Part shown: positions 1 to 12,483 of the stretch, piece after piece
Layout of the letters: each line of letters starts with the position of its first letter
How positions within the stretch are numbered: position 1 is the stretch's first letter
NCBI RefSeq assembly: GCF_001194135.2
Contig: NC_069006.1
Span: 24,681,443 to 24,745,442 of the forward strand
Reading direction: 5' to 3'
Source of the DNA: Octopus bimaculoides
Taxonomy: Eukaryota
Length of the DNA stretch: 64,000 nt
Position numbers and translations under genes: made by a program
The notes under the pieces: model-generated
The model's database searches: none
The model's input: only the letters and a program-made list of their open reading frames with translations
What the model was told of the DNA's origin: nothing

Positions 1-570
1 ATAATAATAATAATAGTAATAATTGTAATAAGTTTCTAATTGAAACACAAAGTCAGTGGGGGTGGTGGAAACGAACAGTGAAGCTGGTCTCGGCTGGATT
101 TGTTAAATATATATAAAAAAAAAAAAAAAAGATACATAGAACAGGACGTAAAGAGCCGGAACAAATGTCACAAAGTATTTTGTCCGCTGAACTAAAGGTT
201 CTGCCAAATCTGCAGGTCGGTGGGTAGTTCTGAGAGAAGTTCACTTAATCAATGGACCCCTCCCCCACTTCCCGAGCAATCGCTATTGTTGCCGGGATTT
301 GAACGCGGAACGTAAAGGGGCGTAACTAAACATTGTAAGGTATTTTATCTGTCGGGAACGATATATATGTATACACACACACACATATATATACACACAC
401 ATTTTCTTATTGCTATATAAATTAAGGGTAAAATCTCCTTTTACCCGCACCCATTTATTACACTCGGTAAAAACACTAGTGTAATAGTAATTGGGTATCC
501 TTCCGGCAGTATATTGGATAGATATTATTCCTTAGTGGGTTGCATTCACAACCCCTAACTTTCTTGTATT

Positions 571-617
<47 letters not shown>

Positions 618-762
618 ATATCCTTATTAACTGTCGGTGAAGGAGCTTATATATATAAATGTATATTATTTTGTTTGATAAATAAATATATTATATGGTA
701 GTTGAGTGAGGCAGTTTTAGGACTGTCTGTCTGTCTGTCTGCCTTTCTCCACTTCCTCGTAC

Positions 763-810
763 CTTCGTCACGTCTCGGGTTATTTGTTTTATTTTTTGCT
801 CCCCTAGTTT
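763..810 (-). CDS. candidate 48-nt exon (KLGEQKIKQITRDVTK)
   Basis: CTTACTATCATTACAG acceptor, AAG|GTACGA donor, phase 0-0. Confidence 0.2.
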
Positions 811-957
811 CTGTAATGATAGTAAGTTGGCCAGTGTCGTCCTAGTGGTGTTAGTTTTCAAACACGCATACACACACACACACACACAGTCATTGTTGTT
901 GACTGTTAGATTTAGCCATTCAATCCTCCTTGCAGGCTTCCTCTGTATATGTATGTA

Positions 958-989
<32 letters not shown>

Positions 990-1879
990 NNNNNNNNNNA
1001 TATATATATACACACACCCATACATCTATACACACCCACCCTCATATATTTATATACACACTCAGAATTGCATGTCTCTACCGTCCCTCCCTCCCCTCTC
1101 TCATACATATATATACACACACACACATACAGATATACAAACATACCTGTATACACCTACCCACCCACACATATATCTGTACACACACTATATAATATAT
1201 ATATACATACACACACACACAGATATACAGACATACCTATATACACCCATCTACCCACCCACCACACATTCATATATCTGTACACACACTATTTGTATGG
1301 TTATATTCATACATATCTATACACACTATATATATATATATATATATATTTCTCTAATGTGTAATGTTCCAGATACGTTCCACATTAAGGCTGTTAGCAT
1401 ATTTTAAATTCTTTTCTTCCTGGCCTGTCCTGATCTGTGATATGGTTGTCATTGTATAATTTTTATTATTATTATTATTATTATTTTCTTCTCAGTTTTA
1501 TCTCCTCTCCCTCCTACCCTTCCTCTCTCTCTCTCCCCTCCCCTCCCTCTGTTATTTTTGTAACTTTCTATTGCAACAGACCTATTTTTATTGCTGTCTG
1601 CAAGGTTTCAGAAAACAAACAAACGAACATTTAAACACAATAGTGAGTGGGTGGGTGAGAGGGGGGCGCTTCCCACCCTCCCAGCAAAATCAACAACAAC
1701 AACAACAACAATAAACGAGTTGTATAAAAATCTATAATGATCATAATGTCTAGTTGACTGGGTTTTGTTTTTAAAGTGCCCCCGCCCCCTTTCATTGCTT
1801 TCTCCTATATCCAGTGAATCTTGAAGGCAGAACTAACATCTTTCTATATATCTAATCTGTCTATCTGTCTCTATATACC

Positions 1880-2095
1880 TATCTATTGTCTATATATCTG
1901 TCTATATACCTATCTATCGTCTATATATCCGTCTGTCTATATGTCTGTCTGTCTATATACCTATCTATCGTCTATATATCTGTCTGTTTATATGTCTGTC
2001 TGTCTATATACCTATCTATCATCTATATATCTGTCTGTCTGTATATATATATCTTTCTATCTGTATATATATCTGTATATCTATCTATCTATCTG
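1880..2095. repeat. about 51-bp higher-order CTAT/CTGT tandem repeat (about 3 copies)
   Basis: 17-aa periodicity in ORF 1821..2270 (SVCLYTYLSSIY.SVYM). Confidence 0.85.
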
Positions 2096-2503
2096 TCTGT
2101 CTTTCTGTATATGTGTGTATACATATGTCTGTAAATGTGTGTGTGCATGTGTTTGTGTATATGCATCTGCATATGTGTATATATGTGTATGTGTGTGTGT
2201 TGTAAAAGCTCACTTGTCCCTTAAGAAACTAAAGCCAGCTTCATCCACCTCAGACAGTAAGATAATATAGAACTGTATGGATCTTTGCCATCAAGTATGA
2301 CTTCATAGGTGGATGCTGGCATTGGGATTATCTCTTGTTAAAATAGGATTTCAATACCAAGTCATGTTTAGTAATAAGGATGCTAATACAATATATAGCT
2401 TATAGTCATTTTAACCATCATCATCATCACAGATGTGATTATTATTAACTGTGTTATTTGTTCATGTGGTGAAATCATTGTGTGTAATGTTTGTGCATTA
2501 AAG

Positions 2504-2535
<32 letters not shown>

Positions 2536-3509
2536 GGGCAGCGAGCTGGCAGCATCATTAGCATGCCTGACAAAATGTTTAGTGGTATTTTGCCTGTTGC
2601 TATGTTCTGAGTTCAAATTCCACCAAGGTCGACTTTGCCTTTCATCCTTTTGGGGGGGGTTGATAAATTAAGTACCAGTTAAACGCTGGGGTTGATGTAA
2701 TTGACTGGCCCACTCCCATAGTATTAAGGCAGTGAGCTGGCATAATTGTTAGCAAGCTCTCAACAATTTCCAGCCTTGTGCCTATAGTTGAAGATTATTA
2801 TTATTCGTACATACATAAAAGACCCCTTTAGTCATGAATGACCATGGGATTGTACCTAGAAAGTTCCCCTCTAAGGCACAAGTCCGGGCAAGGTTGTTTT
2901 ATGGAAGATCAGCAGTCGTCCATGCAAACCAGCCTCTCCTCTCCATGCCATTGGTGTTATAAGGCAAAGGGGCCGATAGAGTTTGGCACCAGTGATGTCA
3001 CAACTCACTCCTACAGCTGAGTGAACTGGAGCAATGTAAAAATAAGGTGTCTTGCTCAAGAACACAACACACAGCCTGGTCTGGGAATTGAACTCACTAT
3101 TTTATGCTTATGAACCCAACTCTCTGACCACTGAGTTACTTAGCTGCTGTACACACTGGTGATGTATTTCATTCAATGTACACATATATTGTCCAACCCA
3201 TGCCAGCATGGAAGACAACATTAAATTAGTGATGACCTGATAACCTATTTTAACAAAATTTTTAGAGGGAGGGTAGGGAAATGTTTGGAAAATGGATTAA
3301 AAGAAATTTGTAAAATGACATTTCATGAACATTATCCCCTTCACGTACACACATACATACATATATATACACACACGCATATCTAAGCACATGCACGCAT
3401 ATATATATATATACACATGTGCACATATGCACACACACACACACACACACTCACTCTCACATGTATGTATACTGACATATGCGTAGACACACTATCGTGT
3501 ATATTCTTG

Positions 3510-3544
<35 letters not shown>

Positions 3545-3992
3545 CTCCCTCCATCTTTCCATACTCTTGCACACTCACATACACACACTCTCAACATGCA
3601 CACATACACACACATATGCCTGTACACATACTCTGTTATGTACACTCTTGACAACACACACACACACACACACACACCAATACTATATAATTTCACAGGA
3701 TGTGTTAGATTATTTATAAAATGTTTCAGTAGGTGGGGATATTTCTTGCTATTTTGTCCATTGTACCTTAAATCTTTCTAAGTGATACACCATGGATATA
3801 ATTGCTACTTTTACTAAAACTCGCACAGGTGTGGGTTTTCCTCATGACTATTTTTCAAACGAGGTCATGTGACCTGCTCACCTGTTTTTGTATTTCTTTA
3901 GATGTGCACTATTATTGTTATTATTATTATTATTATTTGGGGTCAATGTAATTAGCTATCCCTGTCCCCCAGTTATTATTATTATTATTAGG

Positions 3993-4195
3993 TGGCAAGC
4001 TGGCAGAATCGTTAGCATGCCAGGCAAAATGCTTAGGGGGCCCCTACATTCTGAGTTCAAATTCCACCAGGGTCGACTTTGCCTTTCATCCTTTCGGGGT
4101 CGATAAATTAAGTACCAGTTGCATACTGGGGTCGATGTAATTGACTAGTCCCCTCCCTTGAAATTACAGGCCGTGTGCCTTCTGTAGAAAAGATT
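3993..4195 (+). mobile_element. tRNA-derived SINE family A (GACTTTGCCTTTCATCCTTTCGGGGTCGATAAA core; Meta/MESC-domain-like from memory)
   Basis: B-box-like GAGTTCAAATTCC plus conserved core. Related copies at about 2536-2800, 10175-10290, 19395-19610, 32510-32635, 34170-34340, 53280-53435, 54945-55075 and 59425-59535. Confidence 0.8.
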
Positions 4196-4699
4196 ATTAT
4201 TAATTATTATTATTAATTGTTTTTCCTTAAATTAATTAATTAATTGCCCAGTGAGGTGTTCCGATTCCTTTGTTTTTTTACTCTTGGATAAACCTTTTAT
4301 TCTTTTACTTTTTTACTTGTTTCAGTTAGAGTGCGGCCATGCTGGGGCATCACCTTGAAGAATTTTAATAGAATAAATCAACCCCCTTCCTTTTCGTATG
4401 TTTTTTAAAACCTGGTGCTTATTCTATTGGTCTCCTTTGCTGAACCGCTAAGTTGTGGGGACATAAATACACCAACACCAGTCGTCAAGAAGCAGTAGAT
4501 ATATGTCTATATGTATCTATAGATGTATCCTGGTATAGATATATTTTCATGCCATAAAGAAACTAGTTTAAAAATACTACATTGTTTGATGTAATATAAA
4601 TCACCCAAGCTTTTTATTGCTTTTTTTTTTTGTTTGTTGCCCCCCCCCCCTTCCATTCTCAGTTTGTGTCAAACCTCATTGATAAGTGGTTATTCTCAC

Positions 4700-4837
4700 A
4701 GTCTTGCAGTTTGCTGCTATTTCTTTCTCCGTTTTGTCTGCAAGGGTCTCTTCAGAGCCATTCTTTGTTTGGCCAGAGTATTTCTTGAGATCTTCTTGTA
4801 TAGATTTCATAATAAAACTCGAGAAAAAGTGTGAATT
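4700..4837 (-). CDS. candidate coding exon (NSHFFSSFIMKSIQEDLKKYSGQTKNGSEETLADKTEKEIAANCKT)
   Basis: 138 nt phase 0-0, coding-like composition, weak TGTATAG acceptor, GTGAGA donor; without splicing it stops at 4676-4678. Confidence 0.3.
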
Positions 4838-4935
4838 CTATACACAATTGTTTGCTCATCTAGTTCTTGGAGTGTTTTTTTCTATTACTGGTATGTATAT
4901 ATGTATATATGCATGTATATATCTATATATATGCT

Positions 4936-4986
<51 letters not shown>

Positions 4987-5008
4987 GCATGTGTGCATAT
5001 ATATATCC

Positions 5009-5048
<40 letters not shown>

Positions 5049-5204
5049 GTATGTATATATGGAATGTATACACTTCTGGTGATATTTACAAAAGAACACA
5101 AATGAACGATTGATTCCTTGCAATTGGTAATCAGCTAGAAATACTTTAGTTCCTTTCACAAAGAGAAATAATTGGTAACAGGTATGGACATTTTTCTCAC
5201 ATAC

Positions 5205-5320
5205 GTAATTCTCGCTGCCATTTCTGTCCACTTCTCTTTTTACTGGGAATTCATCAAGAATGATTTCCTTTTGTGCTGCTGTCGCTGCTAAAAACCAAGT
5301 GCTTGCCACCAAATACAGGC
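5205..5320 (-). CDS. candidate coding exon (GLYLVASTWFLAATAAQKEIILDEFPVKREVDRNGSENY)
   Basis: CATTTCCAG acceptor; only phase 1 is open; G-rich first codon positions; donor GTATGT at 5204 (or GTGAGA at 5200); the frame stays open into 4923 (supplied ORF 4923..5393). Confidence 0.4.
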
Positions 5321-8112
5321 CTGGAAATGTGTACAGAAAAGTTATGCTTATATGTATGTATGTATGTGTGTATGTGTGTGTGTGTTTGGTCACATTATGC
5401 AGGGTAAGAGGTGTTTCTGTTTGAGAACAATACGTCTGTGGTCTCTGAGGTTGGTTTCATGCGTTATTGATTGGGATTTTAGTTTTTGTTGAGGTTGGCA
5501 GGTGTGTAGATGGATGGATGGAAGGTAAGTTATGGGTGGGGGGAAGGGAATTCCACAGTGCTTCTTTTTCTCCCACACCCCTTAACGTTAATTAGTCTAT
5601 GGAAGGGGTGGTCGTAGAGCTGTGCAGGTCTGGCTGTCCCATCCCAGATGAGTGAGGTCGCTGTGGTCAATGTTTAGTGTGAATTTTCTGGAAGTTAATG
5701 GCTGGCGAGTGGTGGAGGAGGAAGAGGAAGGTTCCAGAAGGTTGGCTTGTGTTTGGATACAGGTAGATTTGTGTGTGTGTGTGTGTGTGTATTTAGGTGG
5801 TGTTAGTACGCAGAAGGTGTTTGTTGGATAAAACAGTAGAAATTGATGGATTTATGATGGAGTTGTTTGTGTCGGACTCAGTGCCTTGTGAAATGTGTTC
5901 TAAATCTCTATTCTGAGTTCAAATTCTGCGGAGGTCATCTTTACCCTTTGTTCTTTCAAGGCCAACAAAAGAAAACAACAACAACAAAAACAAAAAGTAT
6001 CATTCCAGGATGGTGGATTGGCCGAACTGTAAGAACAACGATGTGGATGAATGCTGTGTGACTTTGCAATATTTCTTCCCCCGTAACTTAGCAGTTCGGC
6101 AAAAGGGACCAATAAAGTAAGTCCCAGGGTCGATTTGTTTGACTAATACTTTTCAAGGCTGTGCTCCAGTATGGCTGCAGTCAAATGACTGAAACACATA
6201 ACAGATTAATCTGTCCAATGTAAGGCTTATGTTCTTTTATTCTGAGTGCTAAAGGGTTAAATAAGGTTGACAGGCAGTTTTTAAGAGGAGTCAGTGTGTT
6301 AAGATCGTACTAAAAGATCCGACCTGACACCACTTTTAACTGCCTCTCATAGTTTACTGGATTATTTTTGTATTTGATCTTTACTTTTATTATTCCTTTT
6401 ATAGCCTTTTCTTGTTTTTTTTACTTCCATTTTAGATATTGATTTCTTTTGATTAGGCACCGGACCAGTTTATTGTGGCGCACACAATCAATTTAATTGA
6501 TCCCGGTATTTATCGGTATTTTTTATTTTTATCATGAAATGCACTTTGAGTTGTGGTAGCGTTGTAAAGCCTGTAGTAAAATGGTTGTACTCAACCGTTT
6601 GTTGGTTCATTCATGTAAAATCCATTATTCCACGCTAGTGTGACTTGGATGGGAATTGGTCATTGAGCCAGGGTTTTACTGCCAAATGCTCTTCCAGTCA
6701 CCAACCTTCACCTGTATATGTGTGTGTGTGTGTCTTTGTGTCTGTGTTTGTCCCCTCGTCACTGTTTGACAATTGGTGTTGGTGTGTTTACGTCCTCGTA
6801 ACTTGGCAGTTCAGCTAAAGAGACTGATAGAGTTAATACAAGGCAGTGGCAGGTGACCGAGACCTTTCATGATATACCGTTTTTGTGAAAACCTGTGAAG
6901 GCAAATGAGATCGAGGTTGTGGCCGATGCTGGTGCCACATCAATGGCATGCTAATGATTATGTTTGGAACATAAATTAACATGTTTAAAACAGGGAGCTT
7001 ATATTCCTAGAAGTAAGAGTAGTGTTGGGCAAGTTTTTTATGACAAAAAAAAAAGGCTTACTGTATCATCAACCACTTAACAACCTCTATCAAGTTTGAC
7101 CACTGATAAGTGTCAGCGATTTTTGTGTCTGGACTGGACAGTGGCGAGAAAATATGTCAAACAAAGCTATTCATTAAATGTTATATTTACTGTTTAGAAT
7201 ATGATTTGGAAAATTTCAGTTCCAACAACTACTACTACTACTACTACTATTAGTGCTGTTGCTCAAACAATTTAATCTTGTCAAATTAATTACGACAGAC
7301 TTCATTAAGAGGGGTAAAGCCAAATTAATTACAGTGAAATTCACTAAGAGGGATAAAAATAAAATACACAAAAAAAAAAGAAAGTCTTTCCTCTAATGAT
7401 ATCGACTTGGTGAAAACGAGTTGAGGGGAATTTAATTCGTTTGGCACTAAGGATTGTCTAGAAAGATGTTTCCTTCCTGTTGACCTCATGGCTTTAAGTC
7501 AAGGGTAAGATGCCTTTTAGTATGTTACTTACACTGCCATCTGTTTTTCTATTTCTCACTAGTTGTTTAGTGTTTCTTGAGCTGGGTTTGGGGTATTCCC
7601 TTGCCTGTCCCCACATGGAGTGTATGATTAGTGTCTCTTTAATGCAAACTTACAATTAAATCGTATCATTTTACAAGGGGTATGTTGTTGTTTTCAGTCT
7701 GATGTTAGTTTTGTGAATTGTGATTCAAATACGGTTTCTTTCAGATGTAATGTTTGTGAAATTTATTCTGTGAATTTTGGTGGGTGCCAAGCGTAGGACA
7801 GTTATTGGTATTTTGTTCCTTTTCTTGTACAAGTGTAGATACTTTGCAACACTTCATTTGCTGAGATTCATTAAATCAAAAATTAGGTTATTTAGAATTG
7901 TGAGACTGTAGTACTGCTACTCCACTTAACTTGTGATGTGTTTGTTTGTCTTGTGTGGAGTTAATTTATTTTAATAAACATAATAATGCTCATTACAGAA
8001 ATCTGAAGATTCTCGAGACGAGCTCAGTCTGGGAGGGGCCTCAATAGGTTTGCATTCCTCCTCCCCCTCCTCCTTTCACACAGATGAAATAAAGCCTACA
8101 TTTATATGTAAG

Positions 8113-8438
8113 CATGGCTTAGTGGTTTGGGTAGTCTGCTTATGATCATAAGGTTGTGAGTTCGATTCTCAGTGGGCTGTTGTCTCCTTAAGCAAGACAC
8201 TTTATTTCATGTTGTCGCTCCAGTCCATTCATCTGTCAAAAGGGAGTTCTACCTGTAATTGAAAAGGGGCCAGCCTTGTCACATTCTGTGTCACACTAAA
8301 ATCTCTCTGAGAACTACGTAAAGGGTACGTGTGTCTGTGGAGTGCTCAGCCACTTGCACATGAATTTTGCGAGCAGGCTTTTCTGTTGATCAGATCAACT
8401 GGAACCCTCATCGTTGTAATCGATGGAGTGTCAGTTTT
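8113..8438 (+). mobile_element. tRNA-derived SINE family D
   Basis: GGCTTAGTGGT...GTTCGATTC head and CTTAAGCAAGACACTT box; related heads at about 2818-3135 (-), 11880-12000 and 24420-24570. Confidence 0.75.
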
Positions 8439-11167
8439 ATACACATCAAGAAGGGCTTCAGTAGGTTTTGATTTTCCTCTTCCCCCACACAGATGAAATA
8501 AAATAAAACCTACATTTATACGCACGCATCCTTATTGAAACACAACACTGACCATATCAAGTTCACTATTATACCAACTCTTCAAGTGAGAGCCCATTAA
8601 CCCCTCTTCAAATTCGTGACTTAACTCCAAATTATTTGTTAATTTTACGTGCTTTTCTCTACTGGCATGGGTTAGACAGAGATTTAACTAAAGTGGTATT
8701 TTACTGCTGGATATATATATATAATGCGTGGGGCTCACAGTAGGACCTGATGCAGTTCTGTGGCTTGTTGGATCCTGTCAAACTGTCCAGCCCACGCTAG
8801 TATGGAAAAATGAACATTAAATGATGGTGATGAGAATAATGTGGATTATCTGAGTTTTATTGGCATTTGATATTTTGCTCATAGAGATAATACAGCACTT
8901 ACTGATGTAAAGAGGGTGAATTAGTAGAGTGGTTGGAGCATTAGATACTATGCCTTGTGGTATTTGTTCAGACGTTCAGCCCACTGAGACGAAATTTTGT
9001 TGTGGTCAGCTGTGCTCTTCATTCTTTCAGGGCTGATGAAAGGAGCAACCCAGGGCAGTTATCATCTTCATAATGTAATGTCTGTTTTCCATGCTGGCAT
9101 GGGTTGGACGGTTTGACAGAAACTGGAAAGCTGGACAGCTACACCAAGCTCCAATTGTCTCTGTTTTGGCAAGGTTTCCATGCCTGCCTACCCTTCCTAA
9201 TTGCTAACCCACTTTACAGTGTGCACTGGGTGCTTTTTATGTGGCACCGGCAGTGGGGCATCAGTTTGGGAAAGCTGCCTCATAGAATCTTTTGTTGCTT
9301 TTTTACATTCTGACAGCAATATCGGTGAAAGTCAGCCACCTTTTTCTTGGATAAACTTTGGTGGCATGGAGGTAAGAAACTTTTTATTTGTATGGACGTC
9401 TGGCAGTCTTCCTTAAACAACACACCTTAGCCTAGGATTTCCACATATATGTGCAAGTATATGGTCAGCCTTGTAAGATGATGTTCTACAAAATATTCAC
9501 CTCTTCTGTGATTATTTGACACTATTAATCAAGTTGATTCTGACTTTGAAATGAATGGCATTTCTTGCTTCTATTTTCTGTCCTTCCCATTTTCTCGTGT
9601 CTTTTACTTTTTGATATTTTATCTGTTTTTTAAAATATTTCATAGTCATATCAATGTTTCCTATTTTGTCGGGGTTAATTGCTTGTTTTCCCTTTCATGT
9701 GCCTATTTACCTCTTTCGGTTGTAAATCAGAAACCAACTATCTTGTAACTGGATTCCAATGTTGATTTCATTTTGTCAACACAAATGAAAAAGATTGTTT
9801 TATCTCTCCGTGAGACAGCTCCCCCTCCCATGCTAGAAATGTAAGCTATTTACTTTTGATCTTTGTGGTTTCCTTAAACCAGTATTATGATAAATTTAAT
9901 CACAACTCATTAGTCAGTGTGTATCTTGAGTGTCTTTTCCAAAGTCATCGTCGTCATGTTCTGCACACTTTTGCAGTGCATTGATGACACCACAGTGAAA
10001 GTCTTCCCGGTGAAGTGCAAGTTCTCTCATTGGATGATGCCATTGTGCTACTTCCTTCTGCCTGAAAGAAGCCCGTTGTATATATGTATATATGTGACAT
10101 GTTGGGCAAATGTCTTTGCGAATGGGTTTGATAGATAGAAACTGTACTGAAGCCTGTCATGTGTGACCAAAATATCTTTTCTACTCTAGGCACAGGGCCC
10201 AAAATTAGATTGACCCCAGTACACAACTGGTACTTAATTTATTGACCCTGAAAAGATGAAAGGCAAAGTCGACCTCGGTGGGATTTGAAAGTAGTGAGAT
10301 GTTGGGAAGATGTCTAGGGAAAAACTTTAGTAGTCATGGTAACACAGACAGCAAACAGAAATGGTTTCTTAGTTGTCCCCGTCTGTATGAAAGTATTTTT
10401 GTATTTGTTTTTCTTAAGTTTTGAAGGATAATAGAGTTTTGTGAGAGGAGGTCTGCCTCGGTGCATTGTGCAAAGACTTTTCACTAAATATAGCTCGTGC
10501 ACTTTGAAGTTCTGCTCCACACATTTCATATCACAACTGAAACCTCTTGGGAGTTTTCCTTCTGTTAGCTTTTCGCCATTGCGCATAAGTAATTATTTTG
10601 GAAAATTTCAACCTATTTAAAATTTAAACCGATTTGCAAGCAAATTCTTTCACGGATAGAAAGGATTCTAGATCTTTCTGTTTAAGAAGATTTACTTCTT
10701 ATTTCAATATTCATATATCTTTTAATATTGCCAATATCATTTAGAAAGCAAGAATTCATTTTGGTATTGGTGTAGGTTTACCACAATTTTATTATTGGAA
10801 TTAAAATCTGCCAGTTTCCAGATTGACATGTCTGTCTGTGTGTCTACCTACGTATCTCTATCCCTTTGTTTTTTTCCCTTTACTTTTCTTTGTATTTGCT
10901 TTCTATTTCCTCCTCCTTCTCCTCCACTCTCTCTTTCTGTTTTCCAATCAATTTTGCTTTCTTCTTTCTATCTTCCTGCGATAATAAATCTAAAGATCTT
11001 AAACCTGCCAGTTTTCAAAATTTCCCAGCTGATCTTCAAGGCTGGTTGCCAAATTATTGAAAACATCAGAGTGAGAAGTGCTGCAGTGCTAGTTAATTAC
11101 TTTGTAAACCAGATGATGTAGTAGGAAGATAGTAGACCCCCCTCCACCCCCACCCCCACACACTCAC

Positions 11168-11179
11168 CCTGTGAAACGA
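11168..11179 (-). CDS. candidate 12-nt microexon
   Basis: CTAATGCTACTACTACTTTACTATTTCAG|tcgtttcacagg|GTGAGT: branch point, TGC motif, pyrimidine-rich tract and consensus donor. Confidence 0.35.
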
Positions 11180-11470
11180 CTGAAATAGTAAAGTAGTAGT
11201 AGCATTAGAGTGACTGATATGACTGACTTGAATCTGCCATGCTACGAGTGGCTTGAAAATGTTCTGTTTGTACAAGGATCTAGAAGTGCAGCTGCTGTAT
11301 TTCTGGTGAAGGTTTTGCCAAAAGGAGAAGGGGATTTTGGGATCTTGTTGTAACTGACAGGGATTTTTATTTTCTGTAAAGTGGAGAGACGAAAGGACTG
11401 AGTAAAGATGAGTTTTTTTGGCTCAAGCCACAAAGGAAGGAATCAGAAAATTAGTTCAAGAATATATATA

Positions 11471-11864
11471 GGTGTAGGCATGGCTGTGTGGTAAAAAGTT
11501 CGCTCCTCAACCACATGGTTCTGGGTTCAGTCCCATTGTGCGACACTTTGGGCAAGTGTCTTCTACTATAGCCTCAGGCTGACCAAAACCTTGAGTAGAT
11601 TTGGTAGATGTAAACTGAAAGAAGCCCGTTGTGTGTGTGTGTGTGTGTGTGTGTGTTTGTGTCCCCTGTCATCACTTGACAACTGATGCTGGTGCGTTTA
11701 TGTCCCTGTAACTTAGTGGTTTGGCAAAATAGACCAATAGAATAAGTACTAGGCTTACAAAGAATGTCCTGGAGTCGATTTCTTCAACTAAAACCCTTTA
11801 AGGCAGTGCTCCAGCATGGCCACAGTCAAATGACTGAAACAAGTAAAAGAATAAAAGAATAAAA
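11471..11864 (+). mobile_element. tRNA-derived SINE family B (CORE-like box, TG microsatellite, GACTGAAACAAGTAAAAGA tail), near full length
   Basis: A/B-box-like head GGCTGTGTGGTAA..GGGTTCAGTCCC, TTGGGCAAGTGTCTT core-like box, AAGAAT tail; about 20 related copies or fragments in the window. Confidence 0.85.
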
Positions 11865-12456
11865 GAATATATAATCTTAGTGAAGGTGCTTGGCCCAGTG
11901 GTCAGGGCATTGCACTCATGATCACTAGATTGTGGATTCTGATTCCTGGACCGGGCGGCACGTTGTGTTCTTGAGGAAAAAAAACTTGATTTCATTCTGC
12001 CCCATCACTGGTCACAATGCGCTTTGCACAGTTTTAGCATTCGAATGACACCACCCGACTGGTTNNNNNNNNNNNNNNNNNNNNNNNNNNNNNNNNNNNN
12101 NNNNNNNNNNNNNNNNNNNNNNNNNNNNNNNNNNNNNNNNNNNNNNNNNNNNNNNNNNNNNNNNNNNNNNNNNNNNNNNNNNNNNNNNNNNNNNNNNNNN
12201 NNNNNNNNNNNNNNNNNNNNNNNNNNNNNNNNNNNNNNNNNNNNNNNNNNNNNNNNNNNNNNNNNNNNNNNNNNNNNNNNNNNNNNNNNNNNNNNNNNNT
12301 CTTCTACCTTTTAATCTTGATTGTATGCAAAAAAATTTTTGTGAAAAAACCTTTTTTTTCTCATGACAGAAGTATGTGTTTAGCACTGAATGCTTGTGTG
12401 AATAGAAAGAGTTATTCATTTTCAGAAAGAGCCTTGATCTCCGTGATCGTTTTTAC

Positions 12457-12483
12457 CCCAGTTCGTCTGTGTTCGTAGCATTC
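12457..12483 (-). CDS. candidate 27-nt microexon (phase 1: MLRTQTNW)
   Basis: CCATTTAACAG acceptor, GGG|GTAAAA donor; symmetric; CpG-containing. Confidence 0.2.

Noticed and set aside
827-5113. Many HT/YI/CV-rich ORFs (also at 22-23, 34-36, 41, 43 and 62 kb)
   Set aside because: Translations of (CA)n, (TA)n and (TG)n microsatellites.
5100-5200. Resemblance of [16 protein letters not shown] to the POGLUT1 N-terminus (KVFIDQINRSL)
   Set aside because: Too short, and no downstream CAP10-domain exons are visible; likely chance.
7060-7131. 72-nt minus-strand exon-like segment (PDTKIADTYQWSNLIEVVKWLMI)
   Set aside because: Open only in phase 2, which is incompatible with the phase-1 chain; it illustrates the false-positive risk.
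11471-11545. tRNA gene-like A/B boxes (here and at other SINE heads)
   Set aside because: No complete cloverleaf is evident, and each continues into SINE core and tail sequence.
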